Source: a virus
DNA: 64,000 nt
Strand: one strand, 5' to 3'
Virus record (IMG/VR): IMGVR_UViG_3300035633_000651
Coordinates: 45,678-109,677 of that record
In this document: positions 8,596 to 17,522 of the stretch, one piece after another
Layout of the letters: the number at the start of each line of letters is the position of its first letter
Numbering within the stretch: position 1 is the stretch's first letter
The notes under the pieces: model-generated
Seen by the model: only the letters and a program-made list of their open reading frames with translations
Told to the model about the DNA's origin: nothing
The model's database searches: none
Program-made: the position numbers and the translations under genes

Positions 8596-9325
8596 CCTGC
8601 GCAGGAGCATCGACGGGATGCTGTCCGACTTGCGTCGGAAGTGGCTCCATGTGCATCATGGGGACGGAGCGCTCGATAACCTGAAGTCGCACCTGGCTTC
8701 ATGGATCCAGCGCCTGGAGGAACTCAATGCGGGAAAAGCTGATTCACCTGACCCTGACGCTGGCCTTGACGCCCGTGGTCCTGACGATGGTGACGGGACT
8801 GGCGGTGATCCTCTGGGTCGCGGAGACCCGCGAGCACGCGTCTTCCTAGTCCGCGAGAACACCAGTCGCGACATGCCGACGCACCCCTTTCTCATCCCGG
8901 CCGTGACGACCGAGGGCGCGTTCTGGAACTACGCCGAGCGTGTGGCGCGCAGCTGGACGGAGCTGGAGGAGACCACGGACCAGCTCGACGTCATGGCCTG
9001 GGACGGCGAGCGCTGGCACTTCGCCGAGGTCTACTTCGACGTAGACACGTGGGACCGTCAGCTCGACGTCTTGGTGGACGGCGTGAAGTACGACCCGTCC
9101 GAAGACGTGGACGACGCGAGGCCAGGTGTCAGCCTACAGCTCGCGTTCATCAACCGCGAGACCTCCGAAGAGCGGCACTGCGCCAAGTGCCGCTTCAACG
9201 CATGGAGCGGGAATTTCGCGAACGACCATCACTACTGCCACCTCTACCGAGGCTTCATCCGCATGACGGACGACGGTAAGCACCTCCGCCTTCCCGCATG
9301 CAAAGAGAGCGAGCACACATCATGA
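8588..9325 (+). CDS. Hypothetical, possibly mosaic protein with a Cys-rich C-terminus
   Basis: C-terminal CAKC...HYCH...C; the middle section reads like an off-frame translation. Confidence 0.5.
   Translation: MRSLRRSIDGMLSDLRRKWLHVHHGDGALDNLKSHLASWIQRLEELNAGKADSPDPDAGLDARGPDDGDGTGGDPLGRGDPRARVFLVRENTSRDMPTHPFLIPAVTTEGAFWNYAERVARSWTELEETTDQLDVMAWDGERWHFAEVYFDVDTWDRQLDVLVDGVKYDPSEDVDDARPGVSLQLAFINRETSEERHCAKCRFNAWSGNFANDHHYCHLYRGFIRMTDDGKHLRLPACKESEHTS
8727..8849 (+). CDS. 40-aa single-TM peptide nested out of frame in 8588-9325
   Basis: GGAGGA SD then MREKLIHLTLTLALTPVVLTMVTGLAVILWVAETREHASS*. Confidence 0.5.
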   Translation: MREKLIHLTLTLALTPVVLTMVTGLAVILWVAETREHASS

Positions 9326-9442
9326 AAATCGGAGGCCGCGTCCGCTGGACGTCCCGAGCCGGACGCCATCTACTGGCCGCGTGTGTCTGCCCTGGAGGTC
9401 GTCTCGCATCTGACTTTTTTCGAAAATAGTTGACGTCTGCTC

Positions 9443-9477
9443 TTGACAGACGCCGGGCCCTGTTATATAGTAACAGC
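9443..9477 (+). promoter_or_regulatory. Leaderless sigma70-type promoter with embedded dyad
   Basis: TTGACA gacg CCGG gccc TGT ta TATAGT aacagc ATG. Confidence 0.88.
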
Positions 9478-10005
9478 ATGACGACGACGCAGCAGGCTCC
9501 CCGGACTCAGACCAACCGCCTCACCGCCCGCGCGGTGCACGACAACTTCGACCCCCGGATCGAGGCCATCGAGGCGGCCCTGTCCCGAGGCGCCCAGCCT
9601 AACTCCCTCTTCGCCAACGTGATGACCGTCTCCCTCGGCGTGTTCATCCCCGCCATCTCGCTGACCATGTCATCGCAGGCGGCCAACATGTTTCAGGCCG
9701 GTAACGTGGTCCTCGGCGGCGCCTTCGCGGCCCTGGTTTTCGTGGTCTTGGCGGTGTCCCTGACGCACCTCGCCGAGGCCGTCGAGGACTTGACAGGCTC
9801 CACTCGGTTCATCAGCTGGGCGACCGCCATCGCCTTCGACGCCTGCCTCGTGGCCTTCGAGGTCGCGCACAAGACGGTGGCCAAGGACGACTGGACCGTG
9901 ACCCTGATGATCGCCGTCGTGGCTATCATCTCGGCTGCGCTCAACGTCCACGCTTTCCGCCTCGGGCAGGCGCACCGCGTCGCTGGCGTGGGCCAGGCCG
10001 ACTGA
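9478..10005 (+). CDS. Multi-pass membrane protein (about 4 TM)
   Basis: Four hydrophobic stretches; start set by the leaderless promoter. Confidence 0.7.
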   Translation: MTTTQQAPRTQTNRLTARAVHDNFDPRIEAIEAALSRGAQPNSLFANVMTVSLGVFIPAISLTMSSQAANMFQAGNVVLGGAFAALVFVVLAVSLTHLAEAVEDLTGSTRFISWATAIAFDACLVAFEVAHKTVAKDDWTVTLMIAVVAIISAALNVHAFRLGQAHRVAGVGQAD

Positions 10006-10045
10006 GCCCTGACCCCTGAGGGGCCCCTTGCCCAAGGAGGTGACC

Positions 10046-10402
10046 ATGACTCAGGCGATTGACATGTGCCGGGACGACACTCAGGGTGAGGCGGCGATGT
10101 ACGAAGCAAGGCTTCACATGTCGAACGCGGACGGCACCGTGGCCTTCACGAAGGCGGTGGAGCTGGACGAACCGCCGCGCCCGGGTGCTCGTCTGCGGGG
10201 ACACTTCGCGAACGCGACGCTGGAGGTGACGCGCGTCGTGCTCGATGGCTCTGGCTTCTACGAGGTCTTCGTCGCCGTGTGCGTCCTCGACTTCATCCCT
10301 GCGGCCGAGCTGGAGCCCTACTACACGCGCTCGGGCTGGACCTCCGTCGACCCCTTCGACGAGGACACCGACGTCAACTTTACATTGGAGAGACTCGAAT
10401 GA
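10046..10402 (+). CDS. Hypothetical protein
   Basis: AAGGAGGT SD before ATG 10046; alternative start at 10097. Confidence 0.6.
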   Translation: MTQAIDMCRDDTQGEAAMYEARLHMSNADGTVAFTKAVELDEPPRPGARLRGHFANATLEVTRVVLDGSGFYEVFVAVCVLDFIPAAELEPYYTRSGWTSVDPFDEDTDVNFTLERLE

Positions 10403-10854
10403 CACACCCTCAGATTCACATCCTGCGCGGCCTTCCAGGCTCGGGCAAGTCCACCTGGGTCACGAACGGCGTGAGGTCCGGCGAGCTGTCCGGCATCGCG
10501 GTTGTGTGCTCCGCTGACGACTTCCGCTTCGACGACGAAGGCCGCTACGTCTTCAACCCCAAGGCGAACGCTGAGGTTCACGCGCGCTGCTTTGAGCGCT
10601 TCATCGACGCCCTGCGAGAGCGCCGCGCGAACCACATCGTCGTGGACAACACCAACGTCCGTCGCTTCGAGTACGCCAACTACGTGCGCGTTGCGCTCCT
10701 CGCAGGAGTGCCGCCCGCGAATATTCACGAGATTTCAATGCACACGGACCCGCGCCAACTGCCGGTCCGGACTTTGATGAAGTGGGCCGAGCGCAACGTC
10801 CACAACGTTCCGCTTGACGCGATCGAGCAGATGGCGATGCGGTGGGAGGTATGA
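10399..10854 (+). CDS. P-loop kinase, AAA_33 / polynucleotide-kinase-like
   Basis: ILRGLPGSGKST, CSADDF, IVVDNTN, RNVHNVP motifs. Confidence 0.8.
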   Translation: MTHPQIHILRGLPGSGKSTWVTNGVRSGELSGIAVVCSADDFRFDDEGRYVFNPKANAEVHARCFERFIDALRERRANHIVVDNTNVRRFEYANYVRVALLAGVPPANIHEISMHTDPRQLPVRTLMKWAERNVHNVPLDAIEQMAMRWEV

Positions 10855-11078
10855 CGGTGTACATCGAATCGACTGCGCCCATCTGCATCGAGGCAGAGCT
10901 GAGCGAAGACAGCGAGTCTTGGGACGTGCGTGTCGGAGACGACCTACACGACGGCATCTGCCCTCCGGCGAGCCTGACCGAGGACGAAGTCAAGGCCGGC
11001 TTCGAGAAGGCGCTGGCGAAGGCGCGCGAGCGCAACGACCCCTACTGGGACAGCTACCTGCCAGGAGGATGGACATGA
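10851..11078 (+). CDS. Hypothetical acidic protein
   Basis: ATGA overlaps with both neighbours. Confidence 0.6.
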   Translation: MTVYIESTAPICIEAELSEDSESWDVRVGDDLHDGICPPASLTEDEVKAGFEKALAKARERNDPYWDSYLPGGWT

Positions 11079-11551
11079 CGAAGAAAGCACAAGTTCTCAA
11101 ACCCGACCCAAACTTCAAGTGGCCCGAGAAGGCCTCGGCGCGCCTGCGCATGGCGGTCGATGACGCCATCGCTGCCAAGCGTGCTGGTCATGGCCTCGAC
11201 ATGCGCAGCTGGTTCGACATCGACCCCAGAGGCATCCGCTGCACAGTGTGCTTGGCAGGAGCCGTCATGCTTCACGTGTTCGGCACGCCGCCACCGCCCG
11301 ACCCACGCGCCAACGTGTACACGGAGCGTCGTGACAGTCTTGACCCGGCCGACCTGGACGACCGTGACCACGAGTACTTGATACAGATCGATGAGATCAG
11401 GCGCGGGCACTTCTACATGTACGAGGGCTGGCCGGGGCAACAGCTGACGGAGCTGTACGACGCGCTGGGTCTCGACGAGCACGCCACCACGATTCCGGCG
11501 CTGAAGAAGTTCTACAAGCTGGCGGACTACATGGAGGAGCTGGGACTGTGA
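11075..11551 (+). CDS. Hypothetical protein with a CTVCLAG motif
   Basis: Start/stop overlaps and SD. Confidence 0.65.
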   Translation: MTKKAQVLKPDPNFKWPEKASARLRMAVDDAIAAKRAGHGLDMRSWFDIDPRGIRCTVCLAGAVMLHVFGTPPPPDPRANVYTERRDSLDPADLDDRDHEYLIQIDEIRRGHFYMYEGWPGQQLTELYDALGLDEHATTIPALKKFYKLADYMEELGL

Positions 11552-11901
11552 ACAACTGGTACCGAACCTGGGTTCACATCTACAGCAACGACGGGCTGGT
11601 GGCCAAGCCAGGCGACTACGTTTGGATCAAGGACCGCGAACTCGCTACCCTGGAGGACGTGCTCCAGCACGCCCTCAAAGCTGACGCGCAGGGACGCCCG
11701 CGGACTGTGACGTTCTCCCTGAACACAGGTAGCCTGGTGGACCAGAGTCGATTGTCCCACGTCTCTGCCCTGGAGATGGTGGACAGGGCGCGCAACTATC
11801 ATCCGGGGGCCGAAGCTCGCACCCTGGCCCACGCGCTGGGCATGGAGAACGAGCAGTTTTGGAGATGCCTGCGGTTGATGGTTGATGCGATTGATGCTTG
11901 A
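11548..11901 (+). CDS. Hypothetical protein
   Basis: GTGA overlap with the upstream gene. Confidence 0.55.
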   Translation: MNNWYRTWVHIYSNDGLVAKPGDYVWIKDRELATLEDVLQHALKADAQGRPRTVTFSLNTGSLVDQSRLSHVSALEMVDRARNYHPGAEARTLAHALGMENEQFWRCLRLMVDAIDA

Positions 11902-11932
11902 CAAGAGCCGGGGAGTGTCATAAGGTCTGGGC
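11898..11932 (+). promoter_or_regulatory. Leaderless sigma70-type promoter with embedded dyad
   Basis: TTGACA agag CCGG ggag TGT ca TAAGGT ctgggc ATG. Confidence 0.85.
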
Positions 11933-13228
11933 ATGGCGACGATCGAACTCACCATCAACACCAACTACGTTCCGTCCTGGGGCACCTGGGAAGCCGTCCG
12001 CGAGATCCTGCAGAACGCGAAGGACGCCGACGACCTGGGTCACAAGATGGAAGTCAAGTACCATCCCAAGACCGAGCGCCTCGTCATCAAGAGCGAGGGC
12101 GCAGACCTGACGCGCGAGACACTTCTCCTCGGCGCCACCAGCAAGGCCGGCCGGTCGGACCAGCGCGGGCAGTTCGGCGAGGGCTACAAGCTCGCTCTTC
12201 TCGTCCTGGCGCGTCAGGGCGCCGAAGTCACCATTCACACGCCGCGGGAGACCTGGGTCCCTACGCTCACGGACTCGACCACCTTCGACGGTGCCGAAGT
12301 CCTCACCATCCGCACGCGGCCTCGGAAGTCCCGAACCCAATCGGTGGAGTTCGTCGTCAAAGGGATCACCGAGGCCGCGTGGCGGTCTGTCCAGGCCAAC
12401 TGCCTGTTCCTGCAGACCGCCATGCCGCACATCAAGACGCACGCGGGCTCGGTCCTCACGGACCCCGAGCTGGCCAATAAGCTCTTCGTGGGCGGCCTGT
12501 TCGTTTCGGACCTGCCAGACCGCTACCGCTACGGCTACGACCTCCAGAACGTGCACCTGGACCGTGACCGCAAGATGGCCGAGCCCTGGTCCCTGCGCTG
12601 GGAGATCAGCAAGGTGCTCAATGAGGCGGTCGCCGATGACCAGCTCGACCTCGACAAGGTCCTACGCATGGACTCGGGCGAGATGAAGGCCATGGCGGAG
12701 AACACCGAGTACATCAAGCAGGTGGCCGCCAAGGTCGTGCAGGAGTTCGAGGCCGAGAACGGCGAGGACGCCGTGGCCGTCGACGACATGGCTCAGGCGC
12801 AGCGCGCGGGACAGCACGGTATGAAGGCCGTCGTCGTCAGCCGAGAGAAGCGCCTCGTCATCGAGGCCTGCAAGGGCAAGCTCGACGACCGGATCCAGGA
12901 CCGCGACACCGACACCAAGGTGCTCGTTCAGCCGGACGACCTCGGCGCCGACGAGTGTGCCAACCTCGTCTGGGCCACCGAGCTGGTGGAAGTGTTCGCA
13001 GGACTCACGGAGGCGGTGCAGGTCGTCGAGTTCTACGGGGAGCGCATCGACGGCTGCACGGACGGCAAGACCATTCGCCTGGCCCGCCGCATCCTCACGA
13101 ACCGGGCTCAGCTCATCGCGACCTTCGTCCATGAGGTGGCCCACCGTCACGGTCCGGACGGTTCTGCGGAGCATCGGGCGGCCATCGAAGACATCTTCGC
13201 GAAGATCGTGGTAGGACAGGCGGCATGA
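11933..13228 (+). CDS. GHKL-family ATPase with a C-terminal HEXXH zincin-like motif
   Basis: VREILQNAKDA, GATSK...GQFGEGYK, and HEVAH...H...ED near the C-terminus. Confidence 0.8.
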   Translation: MATIELTINTNYVPSWGTWEAVREILQNAKDADDLGHKMEVKYHPKTERLVIKSEGADLTRETLLLGATSKAGRSDQRGQFGEGYKLALLVLARQGAEVTIHTPRETWVPTLTDSTTFDGAEVLTIRTRPRKSRTQSVEFVVKGITEAAWRSVQANCLFLQTAMPHIKTHAGSVLTDPELANKLFVGGLFVSDLPDRYRYGYDLQNVHLDRDRKMAEPWSLRWEISKVLNEAVADDQLDLDKVLRMDSGEMKAMAENTEYIKQVAAKVVQEFEAENGEDAVAVDDMAQAQRAGQHGMKAVVVSREKRLVIEACKGKLDDRIQDRDTDTKVLVQPDDLGADECANLVWATELVEVFAGLTEAVQVVEFYGERIDGCTDGKTIRLARRILTNRAQLIATFVHEVAHRHGPDGSAEHRAAIEDIFAKIVVGQAA

Positions 13229-13497
13229 AAGCTGTCGTCGTCATCGAGGTTCAAAACCCGGACACGCCGTTCGTGCCTGCCCTGAGCTACTACCGGGAAA
13301 TGGACCTCGGGCTGCCCTTCCCCGGCGTCGGCTGGGAGCTGTACCTGCATGGGTTCTCGGCTCCGGCCGTCATCCGCAAGGCCATCCGGCTGGAGTCTGG
13401 CCGGACCTACCTGGTCTGCACGCTGCCAAGCACACGACCGAAGCCCCCCAAGGGCGACTGGAAGCCCGTCGACTTCGAGGCGCCGTGGCTCGTCTGA
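13225..13497 (+). CDS. Hypothetical protein
   Basis: ATGA overlap. Confidence 0.55.
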   Translation: MKAVVVIEVQNPDTPFVPALSYYREMDLGLPFPGVGWELYLHGFSAPAVIRKAIRLESGRTYLVCTLPSTRPKPPKGDWKPVDFEAPWLV

Positions 13498-13504
13498 TTT
13501 CTCC

Positions 13505-13539
13505 TTGACAGACGCCGGGCTCTGTCGTATGGTCTGAGC
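13505..13539 (+). promoter_or_regulatory. Leaderless sigma70-type promoter with embedded dyad
   Basis: TTGACA gacg CCGG gctc TGT cg TATGGT ctgagc ATG. Confidence 0.88.
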
Positions 13540-13890
13540 ATGACGACGACGGACATCGCCCCCACCAACACCGACGCCACCCGTATGGGCGGCAAGAAGG
13601 TCTTCTACAACAGCTGGGGCTACGGCCAGACAAACATCGACTTCTACGTGGTCGAGCGGGAGAGCGCCTCGAACGTGTGGCTGCGCCGGATCACCTCGCG
13701 ACACACTGAGAACGTCGGCTACATGCAAGACCGCGTGGTGGCCGGCGACAGCTACAGCGACCTGGACACCAAGGTGTACCGCCGCAAGAAGTTCACCTGC
13801 GACGACCGTCAGTACTGCAACAGCCCCAGCGGCTTCGGCGCCTGCTGCCTTTGGGGTGGCGAGCCTCTCACGGAAACGAGCTACGCATGA
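13540..13890 (+). CDS. Small phage protein with an SWGY.QTNIDFY motif
   Basis: FYNSWGYGQTNIDFYVV, a motif I recall from other phage small proteins. Confidence 0.7.
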   Translation: MTTTDIAPTNTDATRMGGKKVFYNSWGYGQTNIDFYVVERESASNVWLRRITSRHTENVGYMQDRVVAGDSYSDLDTKVYRRKKFTCDDRQYCNSPSGFGACCLWGGEPLTETSYA

Positions 13891-14357
13891 AGTTCGTCAT
13901 CGAGTACCGATGTGCTCTGAGCCGTGACGCGTCGCCCGTCTTCCAGACGACGGTCACGGCGCCGAGCAAGGCAGCCGCACAGGAGCGCTTCTACGACACG
14001 GACGACCAGGACTGGGAGGTCCTCAGCATCAGGCGAGAAGCGAGCGCGTTGAGAGACTACATCCCGCTGCCCTTCTGGGACGACGGCCCTGGGATGATGC
14101 GCCTGTGGGGTGAGATGCGTCAGGGGCCGGTGAAGCTGGCGCGCAGGCTCTTCCCTGAGCGGCATTCGGGCTACGTGCGGGACACCGAGAACTTGGTGAA
14201 CCTGGGTGTGAACCGAAGCTGCGAGCTGTCCTGTGCCGCCCGCGGCGAGAAGCGAGGCGCGGAGGTCTACCGCGAAGCGCAGATCATATGCGCAGCGCGC
14301 ATAAGTAATGAGTGCCGCGCATTTCTGCAGGCCAAAGGCTGGGACTTTCCCACTTGA
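13887..14357 (+). CDS. Hypothetical protein
   Basis: ATGA overlap. Confidence 0.55.
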   Translation: MKFVIEYRCALSRDASPVFQTTVTAPSKAAAQERFYDTDDQDWEVLSIRREASALRDYIPLPFWDDGPGMMRLWGEMRQGPVKLARRLFPERHSGYVRDTENLVNLGVNRSCELSCAARGEKRGAEVYREAQIICAARISNECRAFLQAKGWDFPT

Positions 14358-14389
14358 CAAACTCCGGAGACTGTACCAAGGTGACCACC
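14354..14389 (+). promoter_or_regulatory. Leaderless sigma70-type promoter with embedded dyad
   Basis: TTGACA aact CCGG agac TGT ac CAAGGT gaccacc ATG. Confidence 0.8.
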
Positions 14390-14878
14390 ATGACGACGAC
14401 AGCCGATAAGATCCGCAAAGTCATCGCCGAGGCCCGCGAGGACCTCGACTTCCCAGAAGAGGTCCGCGAGGCGGTCCGCTCCCTCGAAGGGCGCAAGATC
14501 GACAAGCGCTTCTACAACGCGGTCGTCCGCGCGCTGGGTGACCGTCTGGAGAGTCACATGTACAGCAACCTCGGCGGCGCGAAGCGCATGGAGTTGACCC
14601 CCGTGGACGGGACGTGCCACCGCTTCCTCATGGGCTGGGACAACGACCGTGACTTCAACCTCACCGAGTTCATCGACCAGAACAGTCCCTACTTCTCGGG
14701 CGCCCGCCAGCGTGAGGACCAGCGCGACGCCCGCACGGACGAGGACATCGAGGTGCTCGCCGCGAAGATCGATGCCTTCAAGGAGGCCAGGGCTGCCCTG
14801 AAGGCGGACCTGGAGAAGCACGGCCGCTGGGCCGACTACATCGACATTGAGGCTCAGGTCATCGGAGAGACGCTATGA
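14390..14878 (+). CDS. Hypothetical helical protein
   Basis: Start set by the promoter (MTTTADK). Confidence 0.65.
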   Translation: MTTTADKIRKVIAEAREDLDFPEEVREAVRSLEGRKIDKRFYNAVVRALGDRLESHMYSNLGGAKRMELTPVDGTCHRFLMGWDNDRDFNLTEFIDQNSPYFSGARQREDQRDARTDEDIEVLAAKIDAFKEARAALKADLEKHGRWADYIDIEAQVIGETL

Positions 14879-15504
14879 ACGCACGTCAGGAAGCACTGGC
14901 CGAACTGAAGGCCAAGCAGGACAAAGAGCGCGCCAAGTTGGAGCGCGAGTACAACATTCGGGAGCAGCTGCCCGAGGGCGCAGAGCCGCGCTTCGTGACG
15001 ACGGTCAGCGGCCGGGTCTTCGTGACCTACGAGGTCGACACCTTCGAGGAGGCCTGGCAGGTCCTAGACCTCTACGAGCTGCTCGACTGCGAGGCACGCG
15101 AGTCTGGATGCCTGAGCATCGCACCGCCCGAGGCGCAGGACCCGAGCTACCAGAACGGTCGCCTTCGCTGGAAGCTGCCTGAGATGGTCGAGCTGTGCTC
15201 CCACGGCGGCTCGGGCTACAGCCCGACCTTCGAGGTGGGCGGCTACGGCAAGCACGGCGACCTGGTGGTCAACCTCACGGTCAAGGTCGCGAAGGCGGCC
15301 TACGGGCTGCACGCGTACCAGCCGATGCGTCACACGCTGTGGGGTCCAGAGAACGACGGTCCGGTCCGTCACAGCCCGCTGAAAAGCACAACGACCTACC
15401 ACGTCAAGTGGGGCGGAGGGACGCCAGGGTCGCACCGCTGCAGCTACTACGTCTCGGGGACGCAGCAGGCGCAGGAAGCCGTCGAGGCGGCCCTGAAGCT
15501 ATGA
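14875..15504 (+). CDS. Hypothetical protein
   Basis: ATGA overlaps. Confidence 0.65.
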   Translation: MNARQEALAELKAKQDKERAKLEREYNIREQLPEGAEPRFVTTVSGRVFVTYEVDTFEEAWQVLDLYELLDCEARESGCLSIAPPEAQDPSYQNGRLRWKLPEMVELCSHGGSGYSPTFEVGGYGKHGDLVVNLTVKVAKAAYGLHAYQPMRHTLWGPENDGPVRHSPLKSTTTYHVKWGGGTPGSHRCSYYVSGTQQAQEAVEAALKL

Positions 15505-16430
15505 ACAAGTGGCCAGGCATCGAGTCGTTGAAGCACGTCACCAAGTACGTGCGTAAGTGCACGCCCTACGCGCGGGTGCACTACTACGCGAAGGTGAAAC
15601 TGCACGGCACCAACGCGGGTGTTGCCCGCCTGCAAGATGGCACGTTGCAGGCTCAGTCGCGGTCCCGCGTCATCACGCCCGAAGACGACAACCAGGGCTT
15701 CGCGGCCTGGCTTCGCGACAACACCGGCCGCTTCTTGAAGTGCCCGAGCGGCGTTACTGTGTTCGGTGAGTGGTACGGTCAAGGGATCATGAAAGGCACT
15801 GCAGCGTCACAGGTCGAAGGTAGGCACTTCGCCCCCTTCGCGGTCATGGGCGCAGGTCGCATCGACCCAAGTCCGGCTTTGTGCCGTGCGTGGTCGGGCT
15901 GCGACAGCCTACCCTGGGCCGCTTCGCTAGCCGTCGACTTCAATGACGTCGAGGCGTCTCGTGGGACATTGGAGAGGCTGCTTCAAAAGGTCGAAGCAGA
16001 AGACCCGTTTATCCTGGCACTGCACGGCGTCAAGGGCCTGGGCGAGGGGCTCGTGTTCTACCCGCAGCTTGCAGACTCGGGCGACGTGCCTGCGCCAGAA
16101 CATTACGCGAACATGATCTTCAAGCTGAAGGGCGACAAGCACAAGGTGAAGGCGACCAAACAGAAGGTCGAGCTGGCACCCGAGGCGATTGCGAGTCGGA
16201 AGGCGTTCGCCGAGGCCTTCGTCACCGACGCACGCCTCGACCAGTGCCTCGGTGAGCTGGGCGTGAGTCGTGACACGTTCGAGATGCACCAGACGGGTGA
16301 TGTCATGCGCTGGATGTCGACGGACATCCAGAAAGAGTCGGTGCAGGAGCTGGAAGAGTCCGGCATGACCTGGAAGGATGTGGTGTCCGAAACGCAACGC
16401 GCTGTGCGTGAGAAGTTGAGAGGACTCTGA
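15501..16430 (+). CDS. RNA ligase, Rnl2-like
   Basis: KVKLHGTNAG (motif I), QSRSR, FGEWYG, GEGLVF, FKLKG; helical C-terminal domain. Confidence 0.85.
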   Translation: MNKWPGIESLKHVTKYVRKCTPYARVHYYAKVKLHGTNAGVARLQDGTLQAQSRSRVITPEDDNQGFAAWLRDNTGRFLKCPSGVTVFGEWYGQGIMKGTAASQVEGRHFAPFAVMGAGRIDPSPALCRAWSGCDSLPWAASLAVDFNDVEASRGTLERLLQKVEAEDPFILALHGVKGLGEGLVFYPQLADSGDVPAPEHYANMIFKLKGDKHKVKATKQKVELAPEAIASRKAFAEAFVTDARLDQCLGELGVSRDTFEMHQTGDVMRWMSTDIQKESVQELEESGMTWKDVVSETQRAVREKLRGL

Positions 16431-16645
16431 TGACCGCCGAGGACATCACTGGGTCGCGCCTGCAGACGCCCGAGCAGCGTTACAAGCAGGCGCTGGCCGA
16501 GGCTCAGATCGAGGGCGAGATGCGCGCGATGCGCATCATGTCCGACGTCCTCACTGAGGCGGGGGTGCCCTACACGGATATCTCGGCGATCATCCTGGAG
16601 ACCGTTCGCCGCATCGGCGACGAGAAGGCAGCAGCTGCGAAGTGA
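16430..16645 (+). CDS. Hypothetical protein
   Basis: TGATG overlap. Confidence 0.55.
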   Translation: MTAEDITGSRLQTPEQRYKQALAEAQIEGEMRAMRIMSDVLTEAGVPYTDISAIILETVRRIGDEKAAAAK

Positions 16646-16932
16646 AGCGCCGGTGGCTAGACGGAGACAAGTGGGCTCAGGTCCGAGCGATGGTCGAAGG
16701 CCTGCTCCGTGAGTACGAGGTGCCTCCGGAAGAGACGGGTGGATACGTTGTGTGGCTCAACCCTGAAGAGTGGCCGCCCAACGAGCTGAGCGCCCAACTT
16801 GGGATCTCCGTCTTCGGGAAGTACCGCATCACGCTGCGTCACACACGACGTTGGAACGAGGCGGTAGGTGCGGCGCGCCACCAGATCCTCCGAGGACGGG
16901 AGAGCCTGCAGACACTGGGGGCGATGGAGTGA
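16642..16932 (+). CDS. Hypothetical protein
   Basis: GTGA overlaps. Confidence 0.5.
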   Translation: MKRRWLDGDKWAQVRAMVEGLLREYEVPPEETGGYVVWLNPEEWPPNELSAQLGISVFGKYRITLRHTRRWNEAVGAARHQILRGRESLQTLGAME

Positions 16933-17264
16933 AGCCGCCGTGCGCTAAGCCGTGTGCGGCGTGCCCGTTTCGGCGCGACTCGCTGCCCGGGTGGCTCGGA
17001 GAGTCGACTCCGTTGGAATTCATGTGGGAGCAGACGATGCACGATGTGCCCATGCCTTGCCACCTGACCGTGAACTACAGCGACCCCGATTGGGAGTCGA
17101 AGCTCGACCGGGCCAAGTACTGCGCAGGCGCGTTGGTGTTCTTTCGGAACATCTCGAAGCTCAGTCGAGACCCCGACCGGCCGCGCATGGAGGCGGACAA
17201 GGAGACGGTGTTCGCGTCACCCGACGAGTTCGTGCTGCACCACATGAAAGGGAAGAAGCCATGA
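16929..17264 (+). CDS. Cys-rich small protein (DUF6283-like)
   Basis: KPCAACPFRR...MPCH...CAGAL. Confidence 0.65.
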   Translation: MKPPCAKPCAACPFRRDSLPGWLGESTPLEFMWEQTMHDVPMPCHLTVNYSDPDWESKLDRAKYCAGALVFFRNISKLSRDPDRPRMEADKETVFASPDEFVLHHMKGKKP

Positions 17265-17479
17265 ATGAGATACTATGGCCGGTGTTTTGGTTCGGCTGCA
17301 GTGGATTCACGCTGGCCATTCTATACCACCGAAGCACGCCGGCTGACCGAAAGAGCAGTGGGATGGCCCCGTCCACGTACGAGGTAACGTCAATTGTGGC
17401 GCTTTTGGCTGGGCCGCTCGGGCTCGCCACAACCCTCTGCTTCGCCTCGGCCTCGTGGGTCTTCGGAAAGTTCAGGTGA
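17261..17479 (+). CDS. Small 2-TM membrane protein
   Basis: Two hydrophobic stretches; ATGA overlap. Confidence 0.5.
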   Translation: MNEILWPVFWFGCSGFTLAILYHRSTPADRKSSGMAPSTYEVTSIVALLAGPLGLATTLCFASASWVFGKFR

Positions 17480-17487
17480 CGCCGTGC

Positions 17488-17522
17488 TTGACATCGTCCG
17501 GGTTCTGTCGTATGCTCAGCTC
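17488..17522 (+). promoter_or_regulatory. Leaderless sigma70-type promoter with embedded dyad
   Basis: TTGACA tcgt CCGG gttc TGT cg TATGCT cagctc ATG. Confidence 0.88.

Noticed and set aside
9322-9429. 35-codon ORF MKIGGRVRWTSRA...
   Set aside because: Too short to support; possibly a remnant.
10059-10097. Full member of the dyad promoter family
   Set aside because: Has TTGACA-N4-CCGG but lacks TGT and lies inside a gene with a strong SD start at 10046; kept only as a partial copy.
6163-17522. CRISPR or mini-array reading of the repeated motif
   Set aside because: Copies are kilobases apart, degenerate, and have -35/-10/ATG geometry.
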